Below are positions 23,820 through 34,447 of a stretch of 52,991 nt of DNA, piece after piece; positions within the stretch are counted from its first letter, which is position 1, and every line of letters starts with the position of its first letter. Origin of the DNA: a bacterium (GTDB lineage Bacteria; Patescibacteriota; Dojkabacteria; B142; OLB20); NCBI GenBank assembly GCA_037138855.1, contig JBAXHO010000003.1, positions 1 through 52,991 on the forward strand, written 5' to 3'. Below the pieces are notes generated by a model, which was given only the letters and a program-made list of their open reading frames with translations, was not told the DNA's origin and did no database searches. A program made the position numbers and the translations under genes.

Positions 23820-25070
23820 TTATTTTATTCCATAAAGTTTAAATATGCCTGAAGCTATGTTGCCAGAAGACATTAAAAATTGAATTGCATTAACGGCAGA
23901 GGTGTTGCTAGTATAAATTCCTTGACCAATAAAATGACTTCTATCACCAACCGCATTAATGTAAGTTCCTTTAAAAACACATTTTTTATTAATTGTAGTG
24001 CTACTTGGATTATATAATTCAAGAGAACCTTCTAAGGCTCGAGCTATTGTCGTTGATAAGCCATAACCAGCGCCGTTTGAAGAAATAATCCCGATAGAAT
24101 TCGCAGGAGTATTTGAAAATACCCAATTTGTGTTTGCAGAAGTTTCTACAGAAGAAAGATAAGTTGTTGTTGGATAAGTAGACCCGTTATCAGTACTAAA
24201 TCTTGCAAGTAATAATACATCGTTAGTCGCTGCGACAACATCTATAAATTCGACTATATATTTAGAAAACTGCGAAGATAAATCAGTAAATGCAATTGAA
24301 GCTGAAGAAGAAGCTGTTGCGGTAGAAATCAAATTAATAGCATTAAATTTCGATGCCGCAAAAGCAGATGGAACAATTGCTCTTGAAGAATCTGTTCCAT
24401 CAGTTACCTCAGCATCAGTTGCAATTTCAATAGTTCCCGCTAAAGCCGTAGTTGCACTTTGAGTTCCAACTAAAGGTACGTTGCCAGATGCGGTTCCTGT
24501 GGTTAGCAAAGACATTCCCCCAACACCCGTAAATTGAGGAATTTTATTTGCTGCCCCAGTTAATCCAGCTAAAGCGCTTAAATTAGCATTTTGAGCTTGA
24601 ACATTTGTACCAATTTCAAGTCCAAGATTAGTTCGTGATGCTGAGGCACTTGCTACATCATCTAAATTATTGGCAATTAATAAAGGATTGCCGCCAGCGC
24701 CTGATTTTTGAAAGAAATTGAAAGTAATCTCACTTGTTCCAAAAACAATTGGAGCATCAGCGCAAACAACTTCCCAAAGAGTATTTGGATATTGAGTACC
24801 AGAAGTTGTAAGAATTAAAGTGCCTGAAACTGCATTAAGTTCGTTATTAAACCATACAGCACGAGTCCACGCGCTTGTTGAAACAACATAAACGCCATTT
24901 TCTGTCTCATCGTCTTGAGCATTTACAAGGACATTATCACCTTCCACTACTGCAACACCATTTACAGTTTGCTCTCCTGAAAGCGTAATGTTAACCATAG
25001 TGGCTACAAGCACAGGAGACTTGGCTCCAAGCTCTCCTACTACACCACTTTTTAAATCTGTTGTTGTCAT
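23820..25070 (-). CDS. Tail fibre protein
   Basis: LSGEQTVNGV...ENGVYV N-terminal module, fibre repeat ATTALAGTIEIATDAE and C-terminal LISTATASSSAS...FKLYGI domain. Confidence 0.8.
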   Translation of the reverse strand: MTTTDLKSGVVGELGAKSPVLVATMVNITLSGEQTVNGVAVVEGDNVLVNAQDDETENGVYVVSTSAWTRAVWFNNELNAVSGTLILTTSGTQYPNTLWEVVCADAPIVFGTSEITFNFFQKSGAGGNPLLIANNLDDVASASASRTNLGLEIGTNVQAQNANLSALAGLTGAANKIPQFTGVGGMSLLTTGTASGNVPLVGTQSATTALAGTIEIATDAEVTDGTDSSRAIVPSAFAASKFNAINLISTATASSSASIAFTDLSSQFSKYIVEFIDVVAATNDVLLLARFSTDNGSTYPTTTYLSSVETSANTNWVFSNTPANSIGIISSNGAGYGLSTTIARALEGSLELYNPSSTTINKKCVFKGTYINAVGDRSHFIGQGIYTSNTSAVNAIQFLMSSGNIASGIFKLYGIK

Positions 25071-25080
25071 ATTTTAGGCA

Positions 25081-25114
25081 ATAAAAAAGCCGCCCTCATT
25101 TCTGAGTAGCGGCT
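25081..25114 (-). terminator. Intrinsic terminator
   Basis: agccgc...gcggct followed by tttttat on the - strand. Confidence 0.75.
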
Positions 25115-25174
25115 GATTTTCGGATTAATTTCCAATTATAGAAAAATAGTAAATATCATTTGGATAGATGCAAG

Positions 25175-28100
25175 CTATTTTTTAGCTGGTTTTAAAATAA
25201 AATCTATTGGCGCAGGTTCGCCTCCTTCTCTTTCTTCTTTTAAAGCTTTTAAGAAAATATCAATTTGCGCTCCACCGCCTATTGTAAAGATTGCAGAAGT
25301 TTCATTTATTCCTTGCATAACTTTGATTAAATCAACTTCTTCATCCTCACTTACGGCATTAACAGCTTCTTTTCCTAATTTACTTATTCCTTCACCAACT
25401 ATTGAAATTCCTTTAAATCCTGATGGATTATAAGAATCTTTTCCATAACTCCAACCAGAATAAATTTGGCTTGCTACAGGAATTGGAGAAAGAAGCGATC
25501 CAGCAATTAAATTTGCATAATGTAGAGTTTTATCTTCCTCATCATCTTCGCCTCTACCAGAAAGCAAATTAGAAATTCCCTCTCTTAAAAATTCAGTTAA
25601 AATTGCATCTACAGCAAATAATAAAGCAAAATCAGAAATAAACTTAGCAGTATCTTTTGGCTTTTTAAAGTTTGTTTGGCGATAACTTCCAACCAGCAAA
25701 TTAAGCTTTACATTAGCATAATTTCCAAAGATTGTAAAAGCTTTTACAAGTGCTGAATCATCTCTTTGGATTGCCGAAAGAGATTGTTTATAAGAAGAGC
25801 CTTGAGTTTCAATTAACAATCTATCTGCAAGCTCTACCGCCTTCGCATCATCGCCTTTAAAATCTTTTAATCCTTTGTAATAAGCTCCGTACCAAGTTGG
25901 CAAATCTGCTAACATTTGCATTTTAGTTGTAGCTAAAAAAGCGAATTTAGTAATATCTTTGCGAATTTTACCAGCTTTGTGCATATGGTCAAAAACCTCG
26001 TAAATATCACGAGTCATTGTTTTTGAACGATTTTCTAAAATTTTAGATTTTGCAAAAGCTAGTTTAGCAGCTTTATTAATTGAAACAGGATTGCCATTTC
26101 CTAAAGCTTTCCAAATACCTAAGCCCATGTTTTTGTAACCAATTTTTACAATTGATTGCAAAAGACCAGTAGGTTGAATTATCGCAGTTGCTAATTTAAA
26201 AGCCATTGTCCAAGTTACAGTTATGTCTCTTGATAAATTAGCAGCCTTAGCAATAAAACTTTCTTGCGTAATAGTGCGTCCATACATATCATAAACCCAA
26301 GATTGCAACTGCTTATATTCAGCAATTCCAATTTTCTTAACTAAATTTGTTTTTAACCTTCTGTTGTTTATAATTCTGTAAGCATTCCATGCAGCGGGCT
26401 TCATGGCAATAATATTAATTGCCTGAGTTAAATGCTTTGAAAGAGGGTTTAAATCTAAAACAATTTTTTTGGTTACTTTTTGATCAGTTCTTTCTTTTGT
26501 CATAGACTCATGAAAAGAGACTTCATCAAAACCAGTTCCAAATAAAGTCTCTTTCAAATCTTGTACAGTGTCTGATTTAAAATTAGCTTCTGCTGTGTAA
26601 GCTAAAGGATAATAACCACCTTTTAAAGAAACTTCCTGACCATCTTTAGAAACAATTTTAAGAGGTACTGAATTTTGTTTCTTAGCTGCAATTCCGAAAA
26701 GCTTCTTTTGAGTTGATTCAATACCAGACCAATAGCTATTAACTAAATCCCAAATATCTTGAACAAACTCTAACTCATTTTTGTTTAAAGAGGAAATAAT
26801 ATCTATAACTTGAGCATCCGAATAGTTAAATCCGTCCCTTACGCGAGTTCTGTTAATTTCATTTCCCCAGTTCAAAGCAAATGCAAGAACTGCTTTTTTA
26901 GGATAACTTTTGCCAACTGAATCAAAATAAGTTCTTTTATCGGAAATCTTATAGCCGCCAAAGTGTTTATTATAAATAGCATCAACTTTTTTATAAAGTT
27001 CATCAGACATTTTATGTTTTTCCAATTCTGCTGCATTTAAATCTTTTTCAAAAAGCTGATAAAATTCTCCAAGATTTTTTTCACCATCAATCTTAAGAGT
27101 AGTCTGGCTAGTTTTAATTAAAGAAGAAGCATAAGAATCAAAAGCTTTAACTAATTTTTCTCTTTCGGTTGGGGCTTCTATTTCAGGTTTATCTTTTTTG
27201 ATGTTGGTATTTGCTTGCTCGATAATTCTGTCAACAATTGAATTTAGTTCTTGTTTCTTGCCATTAACTTCCAAGATATTTATATTACGCCCAACAGTAA
27301 CAAGATTTTGTATTGCATCATCAAGCGTTCTAAATTCATCAGTTGTAAGCGAGCGAATATTATCTTTATCTTGAAATTCTCCTAATTCAGGAAATTCAAC
27401 CAGTCCCAAAACACCAGAATTGGTTTGCTCTTGCTTCCATTTATCTAAAGCTTCAGCATTGGTTTTTTGATAATCTACGCCTTTAGGGGCTAAATTAAAA
27501 TCTTGAAGAAGATTAACAGCTTTTAATCTGAAATCCTCATCAATTGTAACTTTGCCAGCTTTGGGTTTTTTCTTAATTCCAGTATAACTCTTAAGAGCTT
27601 TCTGAACTTCATTTTTAATTGCAAGGCTTTCTCTAAAAAGATAATGGTTCAGGAGTTGTTTTTTCTTCCACTCAACAGCTTTCTCATAATCCTTTTGACC
27701 AAGTGCTTTGCCAGCTTCTCTGGCTGCCTTTACTTCATTTAAATAGAAAGTATTGGTGTCGGTTGCATCTTTAATTTGTTTAGTCGCTATGATTTCTTTG
27801 GCTTTTTGCTTATAAGCTTCTTTAGTTTCAACATAAGTTTTAACTTTTCTATTGGCTGCATTTAGCTCGTAGAGAATTTTGTTTGCACGCGCTTCATTTT
27901 CAGAGGCATTAAGAGCTTCGTTCTCAATTGTGCCATCATAAAGCATATCACCATAGCGTCTTACCATCTCCGCATCGGTAGCCTTCTTTAATTCCTCTTT
28001 AAAGTTTGGAACATTTGCGATTGCATAAAGCATTTGTCCAGCATCATTAAAACCAAATTCTTCGGCTACCATATCCACGGGAACGCCGTCTTTGGCAAGA

Positions 28101-31100
28101 ATGTCAGCAGGAAGGTATTTTAAAAACTCTGTGTCATAATTGTTTTTAATATCTTCGCGGCTTAGTTTATAACCTGTAGCGCCTTCAACTGGCTCTTCGC
28201 CAAGTAATTGACCAGTTTTCAAAAAATGAACAAGGCGGAAAGTTTTATCTTGATTCATTTCTAATTCAACTTCTTTCTTTACCGCCGCCCTTTCTTCTTT
28301 GTAGAATTTCTTGTTCTCAATTTCCTTTTGCTTCAAAGCCTTAGTCAAAAGTTTTTCTTTAGCTTTCTCATTGGCAGTGTCGTTAAGTTTTTGATAATCC
28401 TTCTTTTCAGCAGCCGTAAGCAATTCTAAAATTTGATCGTCAGAACGAAATATTGGATTGTTTTTTAATGACTCAATTGCTTCATCTGATGCAAACATAC
28501 GATCAAATACACCCCTTACATCATTGGTAAGTTTGACATTTAAATTTTTAATATTGTCATTATAAATTCTAATTAACCAACTTTTAAATCTTGCAAAAGC
28601 ATCTCTTAAAGCAATCGATGGTGCTTTACCTTCAAATAAATAAGCCTCAAAACCACGAGCAAATTTCTCATGCGCTTCTGTGGTAATGTTTCCGTCTTTG
28701 ATTCCTAGCCAGTTTTCAAGAATTTTCCAATCTTTCTTTATTTGTTCAGAAACATTTGGAACGGCAGCGATGTCTCGGTTGATTTGTAAAAAGACATGTC
28801 CTAGTTCGTGGAGAACTGTAGATTTGTTTTTGTTTTCAAAAAGGGTGATAATTGGCTTTTGTCCAATGAATTGAGTTTGTCCTCTTGGGTTTGATTCATT
28901 TTGAAATAATGGCAATCCTTGTCTTTGGATTGACTCGCGCATTGCGGGGGTGATTTCTACAGCGTGTTGTAATTTACCTGTGTCGGATAAATATTTTTTA
29001 TATAATTCGCTATTATTATTTATATCTTTTTGTGCGTCATTAAAAGAATAATCATTATTTATATTTTTCCACACCCAATCTCTAAATGTTAAAATTTTAT
29101 TTTGATTTTTAGAGGGAGTGCTACTATTGCCCAACTCAATAGCTTCAACCTTACCACCAAACTTCTTAGCCAACTTATTCACCATCGTTGGCACAATTTT
29201 ATCGTAGAAGGCTTTCATGCCTTCGCCGCCTACTTTTAGATCGTCACCTTCAATTCTTACAGTTTTAGTGCCCTGCATTGGTTCGTTCTCTAGTAACTTC
29301 TTAGCAGCATCCTTTCCAACAAAAGATTCTAATTGATCTGGAGAAATATTGTTTTTTAACTCAGTACGATCTCCAGCTCTAAATGCTAATTGAGAGTCGT
29401 TTTTGTTGTAAGAAATCCAAGAAACCTGCTTACTCAAATCATATCTTTCAGCCTGCTGCTCACCAGTTGTCCAAGCAACTTTGTCAAAGCCGTTTTCAAC
29501 CGCCCAGAGTAAGGCACGTTTAAAGGCTAGTTCGTTCCAAGTGGTTTTGAAGGGGGCGTTGGGAACTCTCATATAAGAATCATAAGCTTCTTCATATTTT
29601 TTCAAAAGAGATTCTGGCGCTTTAGCTTCCAATAAATCTGTATAAGATACTTGACCAAAGGGCTTATTTACGCCAATAGCTTTTATTTCCTCTTCTACTT
29701 TTTTAAGTAGTTCTGCGTCTTTATACCCCTTTTTCCTCCCCTCTTGGTGCCAATCGCTTTGCAACTCTTCCACAAACATAACGCGCTTGCCTTCTGCATC
29801 TGTGCGTTCATTAAAGCGGATATGGGCTAAAATATTTGGTTCATCGTAGTGGGAGGATTTGTAGATAGAAGATTTCTCATCTTTGCGTAAATTTTTAGAT
29901 TTTAAATAATTCTTAATTATTTGTTTTTGCCCTTCTTCTAATTTGTAGTCTTCCAATAAGTTTGGATTTTCAATTAAATCGTCTAGGGCTTTACCAGCGC
30001 TATCATAATTATCTTTCCAACTTCCTTCTTGCTCTATTAAGGCTCTGGCTGCAATTCTTAATGAGCCTATCTCTTGTTTGTTAATAGATTCTTGAACTGG
30101 CAAAGTCAGCAACAACTCGCGATAATTCTCGCCACCTGCTAGGGTGTATTTTTCGAATTTGGTATTAGGTTTTTCAGTTTTTGCTGCATCCAATCTATCT
30201 CTTAAATTGTCTCTGATCTCTCTTAATCTATTTAACTCTTGATTTGGCAGTTTATCTTGAATTCCTTTGTTGACCACAAACGCAGCTTTTTCATATTCTT
30301 TTTCAAGGATTTCAGCTTCATTTTTACCCTTAACAACCTCCTCAACCTCAATCTTATTAGCCTTTAAATAATCAAGAATCTGCTCTTTAGTAACGCTGCC
30401 TTTCTGCTCTTTTATCCAGTCTTCAATTCCAGTCCAATCAAGCTCTTCTTGTTTAACGCCTTTTTGAGTTAGGTTTTTAATTATGCCAGCCCATTGCTCG
30501 GGTGAACCTTTGCCTTGCGGTAAATCGGTGATTTGTTTTTCTAAAGAAGAATAGAAGGTTGGGGTGGTTTGGTAATATGTTTTTACAACCTTAATTGCAG
30601 CGTCATCAAAAACTACGTAATTGTGGTGGCCTTCTTTTTTATTACGACTGTTGCCATCAAAATATTTTATGCCATTTATTCCATTGGCATGAAGAAACTT
30701 AGAAGCTCCTTCATCGTTACGAGAATAATCTTTAAGACTACTTGGAAACCCGTCATCCTCAGCTACTTTTTTAAGAAGTTGATAAAGCTCATTTCCGCTT
30801 AATTCATAAATATCATCCGCATTCCAATCGCTAAGATAATCTATCATATCTTCTTGAGGAATCTGATCAAATGCTTTTTTTACGGCTTCTTGTATGTTAG
30901 GCGGCTGCTTACTCAACATATTATCCCAATCCAACATAGTATCAGCTTCAGGGATATTTACTTCGTAAAGTTGCCCTTCTTTTGCCTTTTGATATATCTC
31001 CACAATTCCTAAATCGTGATTCAGGTTTGATATTTCGTTTTCCAACTTTTCTAAATCAGCTTTTAATTCTTTTTTTTCTTTTGAAAAAAATCCAATTTTA

Positions 31101-34100
31101 GAAAGATCGTTTTTTATATTTAATTTTTCAGAAGTCTTTTCGTCCAGTTTCTTTTTTAGGATTTTAATAACTTCGGGAGCTGCATCTTTTAAATCTTTTC
31201 CAGTTCTATACTTTAAAGATATTTCAGGTGTTAGTAAAAAAATTCCTTTACTAAGGTCGACTGATAATTTTTTTCTATACCATTCTGCAATTTCCTTGTC
31301 ACCAGCAAAATAAAGCCCCCAACCAAAAGCCTGCGCCCCTTCTCCACCTCCAATATTGTCTAACGTAAATTTATCAAATTTGTAAGGAGTTCCATGAAAA
31401 GCAGATTGATAATAAATATTCGGATTTTCAGAATCAAAAGTGCCTTTGTTTTCTACGGATTTGATTTGGGTTGGGTCAAAGGCTACATAAACATCACCAG
31501 CTTTTGATTTTTCATTATTATTGTAATTGTCCTTAACATTTTTAACAACAACGCCATCAAAACCATTTTTCTTTGCATAATCAACAATCTGTTTTGTGCC
31601 TACTAACTTTTCCCCATTAATTTCAGTTTGAAATTGTCTCCAAACTTTATTTTCAGCGTTGACAACTAGAGGATTTTTAATGGCTAAATATGTTTTTACA
31701 ACTCCACCTTGAGCGTTTTGATAATCATAAGCTCTTTTCTCATCGGTGTATGATTTTGCCTTAGCAAGAGAACCAGTAAAATAATAAGCTCTATTTTTAT
31801 CTTCGCTGCCAAATTGCTCATTAGCAGTTTTAAAGATTGGATCTTGATTAAACTTATTTAATTCTGGCATTCCATGATAAACAACCAAAGGCTTACCATT
31901 CTCATCAACTACTTTTGAATCTCCGAACCATTTCTTAAAGGCTGGGGTTTGGGTTTGGTCTTGAGCTTGATTAAAAGTTTGACCTTCAAACTCTTTAATT
32001 GCTTTCTTAATCTCTTCATTGCTTGCATTAATATCAATTCCAGCCCTGTCTAGCTCTTCTAGGAATGATTTAACTTGGTCTTGTTCTGCGTTAGGAGCGT
32101 GGGAAATATCTTCTCCGCCAATCTCTTTTGCAAGTAGGTCTAGGAAATGCTGACGGTCAACATATTCGCCTTGGGTTTTGATTTCAGCATGAGGGAATTT
32201 TGTTTGTAGTTCGCTTGCTACGAAGTTGTCAACATTGCCAAGGCCACCTTGTTTTTTGAATAAGCCAACCATTGTTTTAGGATTAATTCCTAAAGCAGCT
32301 AATTCACCTGCAAGATTTGATCCTAATTGAACGCCGCCTTTTTCTTTAAGCATCTTAATAAGAGGCTTGCCAGCTTTAGGGGTTTTGATTGGTTTACGGG
32401 CTTTGTCTAGGAATAAATCTAGGTCTTCAATTTTATTAACAGCTTTAAATGGCGTTTCTTTGTAAATACCATTGTTTAATTCAAGCTGCCCAAGGTAACT
32501 ATTTAAAATTTTTTTCGCTTCTTCTTCTCCAACTCTAGAACTAACTGTATCATAGTAAGCTTGAGTTTTTGTAATAACTTCTTTAGCATCGCGATAAGGC
32601 ATTCCTAAATTAAGGATTTGCTTTTCAATGTTTTTCTTTACTGCATCTTGTTCTGTAAATGATTTTTTTTGCTGTTCTTGATAATGAATATTTGGGACAA
32701 CATTTTGTAAGAAAGCATCTTGGGCTTCTAAATCAGAAAAGCTTTCAGGGCTTAGCTTCATAAAATCTTCAAGACCAGCAGCTTCGGGAATATTAACTAA
32801 TGCGGCAGCTACGTCATTGCCCTTAAGAACAATATTCCCGCCAGTATCAAGAGCTTCTTGTATTTGAGTTTGAATTTCAGGAAGTGCGGCATTAATTACC
32901 TCTATTTCTTGAGGGGTTTTGCTTTGAAAATATGTTTGAACTTGATCGGCAGAAAGATAAACAGATTGTTCGCCAAGTGTTTCAGCAGTAGCTTCTTTAA
33001 AAGCTTCAGGGCTTCTTTGCAAAATTTTACTTTGTTTCGCTTTTTCAACAACATCTTTAATTGTTTTTTTATCTTCAGCCTCTTGTTGTCTTTTTTCAAC
33101 AATTCTAGCGGCATAATCTACAGTTGCGCCCGCAGTTGCGAAGCCAGCACCCCCAATTGATCCAGCAACAAAACTTTGTTTTACACGATTAGAAACCTCT
33201 TTGCTGCCTAAATATTGCAAGATTGATTCAGGAGTTACCTTATCTTTTTCAGTGCCAAAAGATTTAAATTTTCCTTCTGAAACATATTTTGCAGCTTCAC
33301 CTAAAATAACATTGGAATATTCTTGCGCTGCTTCTGTAGTTCCTTCAGCCAACATTGTGCTTGCAATGTTTTTAAGATATTCGCGACCAATAGAAGTTTT
33401 TAAAAGTTCTTCTGCGGATTCTTTAGTAAAAAGTTTTTTAAATGGTTCTGTTGCAACTTTAGCAGGAATAAGTTCTAATAATCCACCAATTCCACCAGTT
33501 AAAATTGCAGCACCAGCAGCAACTGATTTTTCAATTGGTTTGCCTGTTTCATCTACAAAATTTTTATATTCGCCATAAGAATCAGCTGTCATTCTTTTTG
33601 AGCTTTCAGTAAAAACTCCAGCTCCAGCGCCTGACCTACCAAAAGCCTTAGAGCCAATTTTAAAACCAAGTTTAGCACCTGGTATAATTGCTTCTGGCCC
33701 AGCAAATGCCCCCGCTACAGCTCCAATTGCTCCACTAGCCAAACCAGTTACACCATAACCTTTTACCGCTCCATAACCCATTTGCACTACAGTGGGAATT
33801 TGCCCTAAAGTATAAGCTGGAATTTGCGCTGCTAATTCAGTTGCGTCATTTTTAAAAAGCCCAAGTTTATAATCAGTATTTTGTAATTTTTGTAAATCTC
33901 TTTCAGCAAAATAAAGTTCGTTTAATTCTTTATTGCTTAACTTAAAATTTTCATTGCCAGTTACATCAAAAGCCATGCTTTTAAGCCCTAAATCGGTGGT
34001 TTGGCGACCAATTTCGTTGCTTTGAAATTCTTTTTTAGTATTGCCAACTATCTTTTCAAAATAAGTAAGATTATCTACATCATCGCGCAACATTGCGGTT

Positions 34101-34447
34101 TTAGAAGAATCGGCTAATTGAGCAGCAGTTTTTGGGAAATTATTAACTAAATCATCGTAACTAATTGAATTAAGCTCCGTCATTTGCTTAATTTCATTTT
34201 CTTTAGCTCTTACTGTTTCAATAGGAATGCCAGTAGCACGCGACATTTGATATTGTTGTGTTGCTTTCTCAGGAGGGATGGGAGTTGAAGCAAATACATT
34301 AGTTTTAATTTGGCTTGCCTTATTAGTTTTTTCTTCATTATTAATCGAATCTAAAGCATCAAAAAAACCAGTAGCACCATTTCTTTTTGCTGTGTCCTCT
34401 GCGTTTATTGAATCTAGTGCGTCAAAAAAACTGCTATTATTTTTCAT
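25175..34447 (-). CDS. Giant internal virion/ejection protein, polyvalent (two ART-like domains, an EELQSD domain and an HExxH zincin)
   Basis: 3090 aa; PAFKKWFGDSKVVDENGKPLVVYHG...FDPTQIKS; AFHGTPYKFDKF...GEGAQAFGWGLYF; VEELQSDWHQ; LHELGH...HEKFARGFEAY; sits at the internal-protein locus of podoviruses. Confidence 0.85.
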   Translation of the reverse strand: MKNNSSFFDALDSINAEDTAKRNGATGFFDALDSINNEEKTNKASQIKTNVFASTPIPPEKATQQYQMSRATGIPIETVRAKENEIKQMTELNSISYDDLVNNFPKTAAQLADSSKTAMLRDDVDNLTYFEKIVGNTKKEFQSNEIGRQTTDLGLKSMAFDVTGNENFKLSNKELNELYFAERDLQKLQNTDYKLGLFKNDATELAAQIPAYTLGQIPTVVQMGYGAVKGYGVTGLASGAIGAVAGAFAGPEAIIPGAKLGFKIGSKAFGRSGAGAGVFTESSKRMTADSYGEYKNFVDETGKPIEKSVAAGAAILTGGIGGLLELIPAKVATEPFKKLFTKESAEELLKTSIGREYLKNIASTMLAEGTTEAAQEYSNVILGEAAKYVSEGKFKSFGTEKDKVTPESILQYLGSKEVSNRVKQSFVAGSIGGAGFATAGATVDYAARIVEKRQQEAEDKKTIKDVVEKAKQSKILQRSPEAFKEATAETLGEQSVYLSADQVQTYFQSKTPQEIEVINAALPEIQTQIQEALDTGGNIVLKGNDVAAALVNIPEAAGLEDFMKLSPESFSDLEAQDAFLQNVVPNIHYQEQQKKSFTEQDAVKKNIEKQILNLGMPYRDAKEVITKTQAYYDTVSSRVGEEEAKKILNSYLGQLELNNGIYKETPFKAVNKIEDLDLFLDKARKPIKTPKAGKPLIKMLKEKGGVQLGSNLAGELAALGINPKTMVGLFKKQGGLGNVDNFVASELQTKFPHAEIKTQGEYVDRQHFLDLLAKEIGGEDISHAPNAEQDQVKSFLEELDRAGIDINASNEEIKKAIKEFEGQTFNQAQDQTQTPAFKKWFGDSKVVDENGKPLVVYHGMPELNKFNQDPIFKTANEQFGSEDKNRAYYFTGSLAKAKSYTDEKRAYDYQNAQGGVVKTYLAIKNPLVVNAENKVWRQFQTEINGEKLVGTKQIVDYAKKNGFDGVVVKNVKDNYNNNEKSKAGDVYVAFDPTQIKSVENKGTFDSENPNIYYQSAFHGTPYKFDKFTLDNIGGGEGAQAFGWGLYFAGDKEIAEWYRKKLSVDLSKGIFLLTPEISLKYRTGKDLKDAAPEVIKILKKKLDEKTSEKLNIKNDLSKIGFFSKEKKELKADLEKLENEISNLNHDLGIVEIYQKAKEGQLYEVNIPEADTMLDWDNMLSKQPPNIQEAVKKAFDQIPQEDMIDYLSDWNADDIYELSGNELYQLLKKVAEDDGFPSSLKDYSRNDEGASKFLHANGINGIKYFDGNSRNKKEGHHNYVVFDDAAIKVVKTYYQTTPTFYSSLEKQITDLPQGKGSPEQWAGIIKNLTQKGVKQEELDWTGIEDWIKEQKGSVTKEQILDYLKANKIEVEEVVKGKNEAEILEKEYEKAAFVVNKGIQDKLPNQELNRLREIRDNLRDRLDAAKTEKPNTKFEKYTLAGGENYRELLLTLPVQESINKQEIGSLRIAARALIEQEGSWKDNYDSAGKALDDLIENPNLLEDYKLEEGQKQIIKNYLKSKNLRKDEKSSIYKSSHYDEPNILAHIRFNERTDAEGKRVMFVEELQSDWHQEGRKKGYKDAELLKKVEEEIKAIGVNKPFGQVSYTDLLEAKAPESLLKKYEEAYDSYMRVPNAPFKTTWNELAFKRALLWAVENGFDKVAWTTGEQQAERYDLSKQVSWISYNKNDSQLAFRAGDRTELKNNISPDQLESFVGKDAAKKLLENEPMQGTKTVRIEGDDLKVGGEGMKAFYDKIVPTMVNKLAKKFGGKVEAIELGNSSTPSKNQNKILTFRDWVWKNINNDYSFNDAQKDINNNSELYKKYLSDTGKLQHAVEITPAMRESIQRQGLPLFQNESNPRGQTQFIGQKPIITLFENKNKSTVLHELGHVFLQINRDIAAVPNVSEQIKKDWKILENWLGIKDGNITTEAHEKFARGFEAYLFEGKAPSIALRDAFARFKSWLIRIYNDNIKNLNVKLTNDVRGVFDRMFASDEAIESLKNNPIFRSDDQILELLTAAEKKDYQKLNDTANEKAKEKLLTKALKQKEIENKKFYKEERAAVKKEVELEMNQDKTFRLVHFLKTGQLLGEEPVEGATGYKLSREDIKNNYDTEFLKYLPADILAKDGVPVDMVAEEFGFNDAGQMLYAIANVPNFKEELKKATDAEMVRRYGDMLYDGTIENEALNASENEARANKILYELNAANRKVKTYVETKEAYKQKAKEIIATKQIKDATDTNTFYLNEVKAAREAGKALGQKDYEKAVEWKKKQLLNHYLFRESLAIKNEVQKALKSYTGIKKKPKAGKVTIDEDFRLKAVNLLQDFNLAPKGVDYQKTNAEALDKWKQEQTNSGVLGLVEFPELGEFQDKDNIRSLTTDEFRTLDDAIQNLVTVGRNINILEVNGKKQELNSIVDRIIEQANTNIKKDKPEIEAPTEREKLVKAFDSYASSLIKTSQTTLKIDGEKNLGEFYQLFEKDLNAAELEKHKMSDELYKKVDAIYNKHFGGYKISDKRTYFDSVGKSYPKKAVLAFALNWGNEINRTRVRDGFNYSDAQVIDIISSLNKNELEFVQDIWDLVNSYWSGIESTQKKLFGIAAKKQNSVPLKIVSKDGQEVSLKGGYYPLAYTAEANFKSDTVQDLKETLFGTGFDEVSFHESMTKERTDQKVTKKIVLDLNPLSKHLTQAINIIAMKPAAWNAYRIINNRRLKTNLVKKIGIAEYKQLQSWVYDMYGRTITQESFIAKAANLSRDITVTWTMAFKLATAIIQPTGLLQSIVKIGYKNMGLGIWKALGNGNPVSINKAAKLAFAKSKILENRSKTMTRDIYEVFDHMHKAGKIRKDITKFAFLATTKMQMLADLPTWYGAYYKGLKDFKGDDAKAVELADRLLIETQGSSYKQSLSAIQRDDSALVKAFTIFGNYANVKLNLLVGSYRQTNFKKPKDTAKFISDFALLFAVDAILTEFLREGISNLLSGRGEDDEEDKTLHYANLIAGSLLSPIPVASQIYSGWSYGKDSYNPSGFKGISIVGEGISKLGKEAVNAVSEDEEVDLIKVMQGINETSAIFTIGGGAQIDIFLKALKEEREGGEPAPIDFILKPAKK

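Noticed and set aside
21925-25070. Diversity-generating retroelement targeting the tail fibre (structural module is BPP-1-like)
   Set aside because: No reverse transcriptase ORF was recognised, and no template/variable repeat pair differing at adenines was seen
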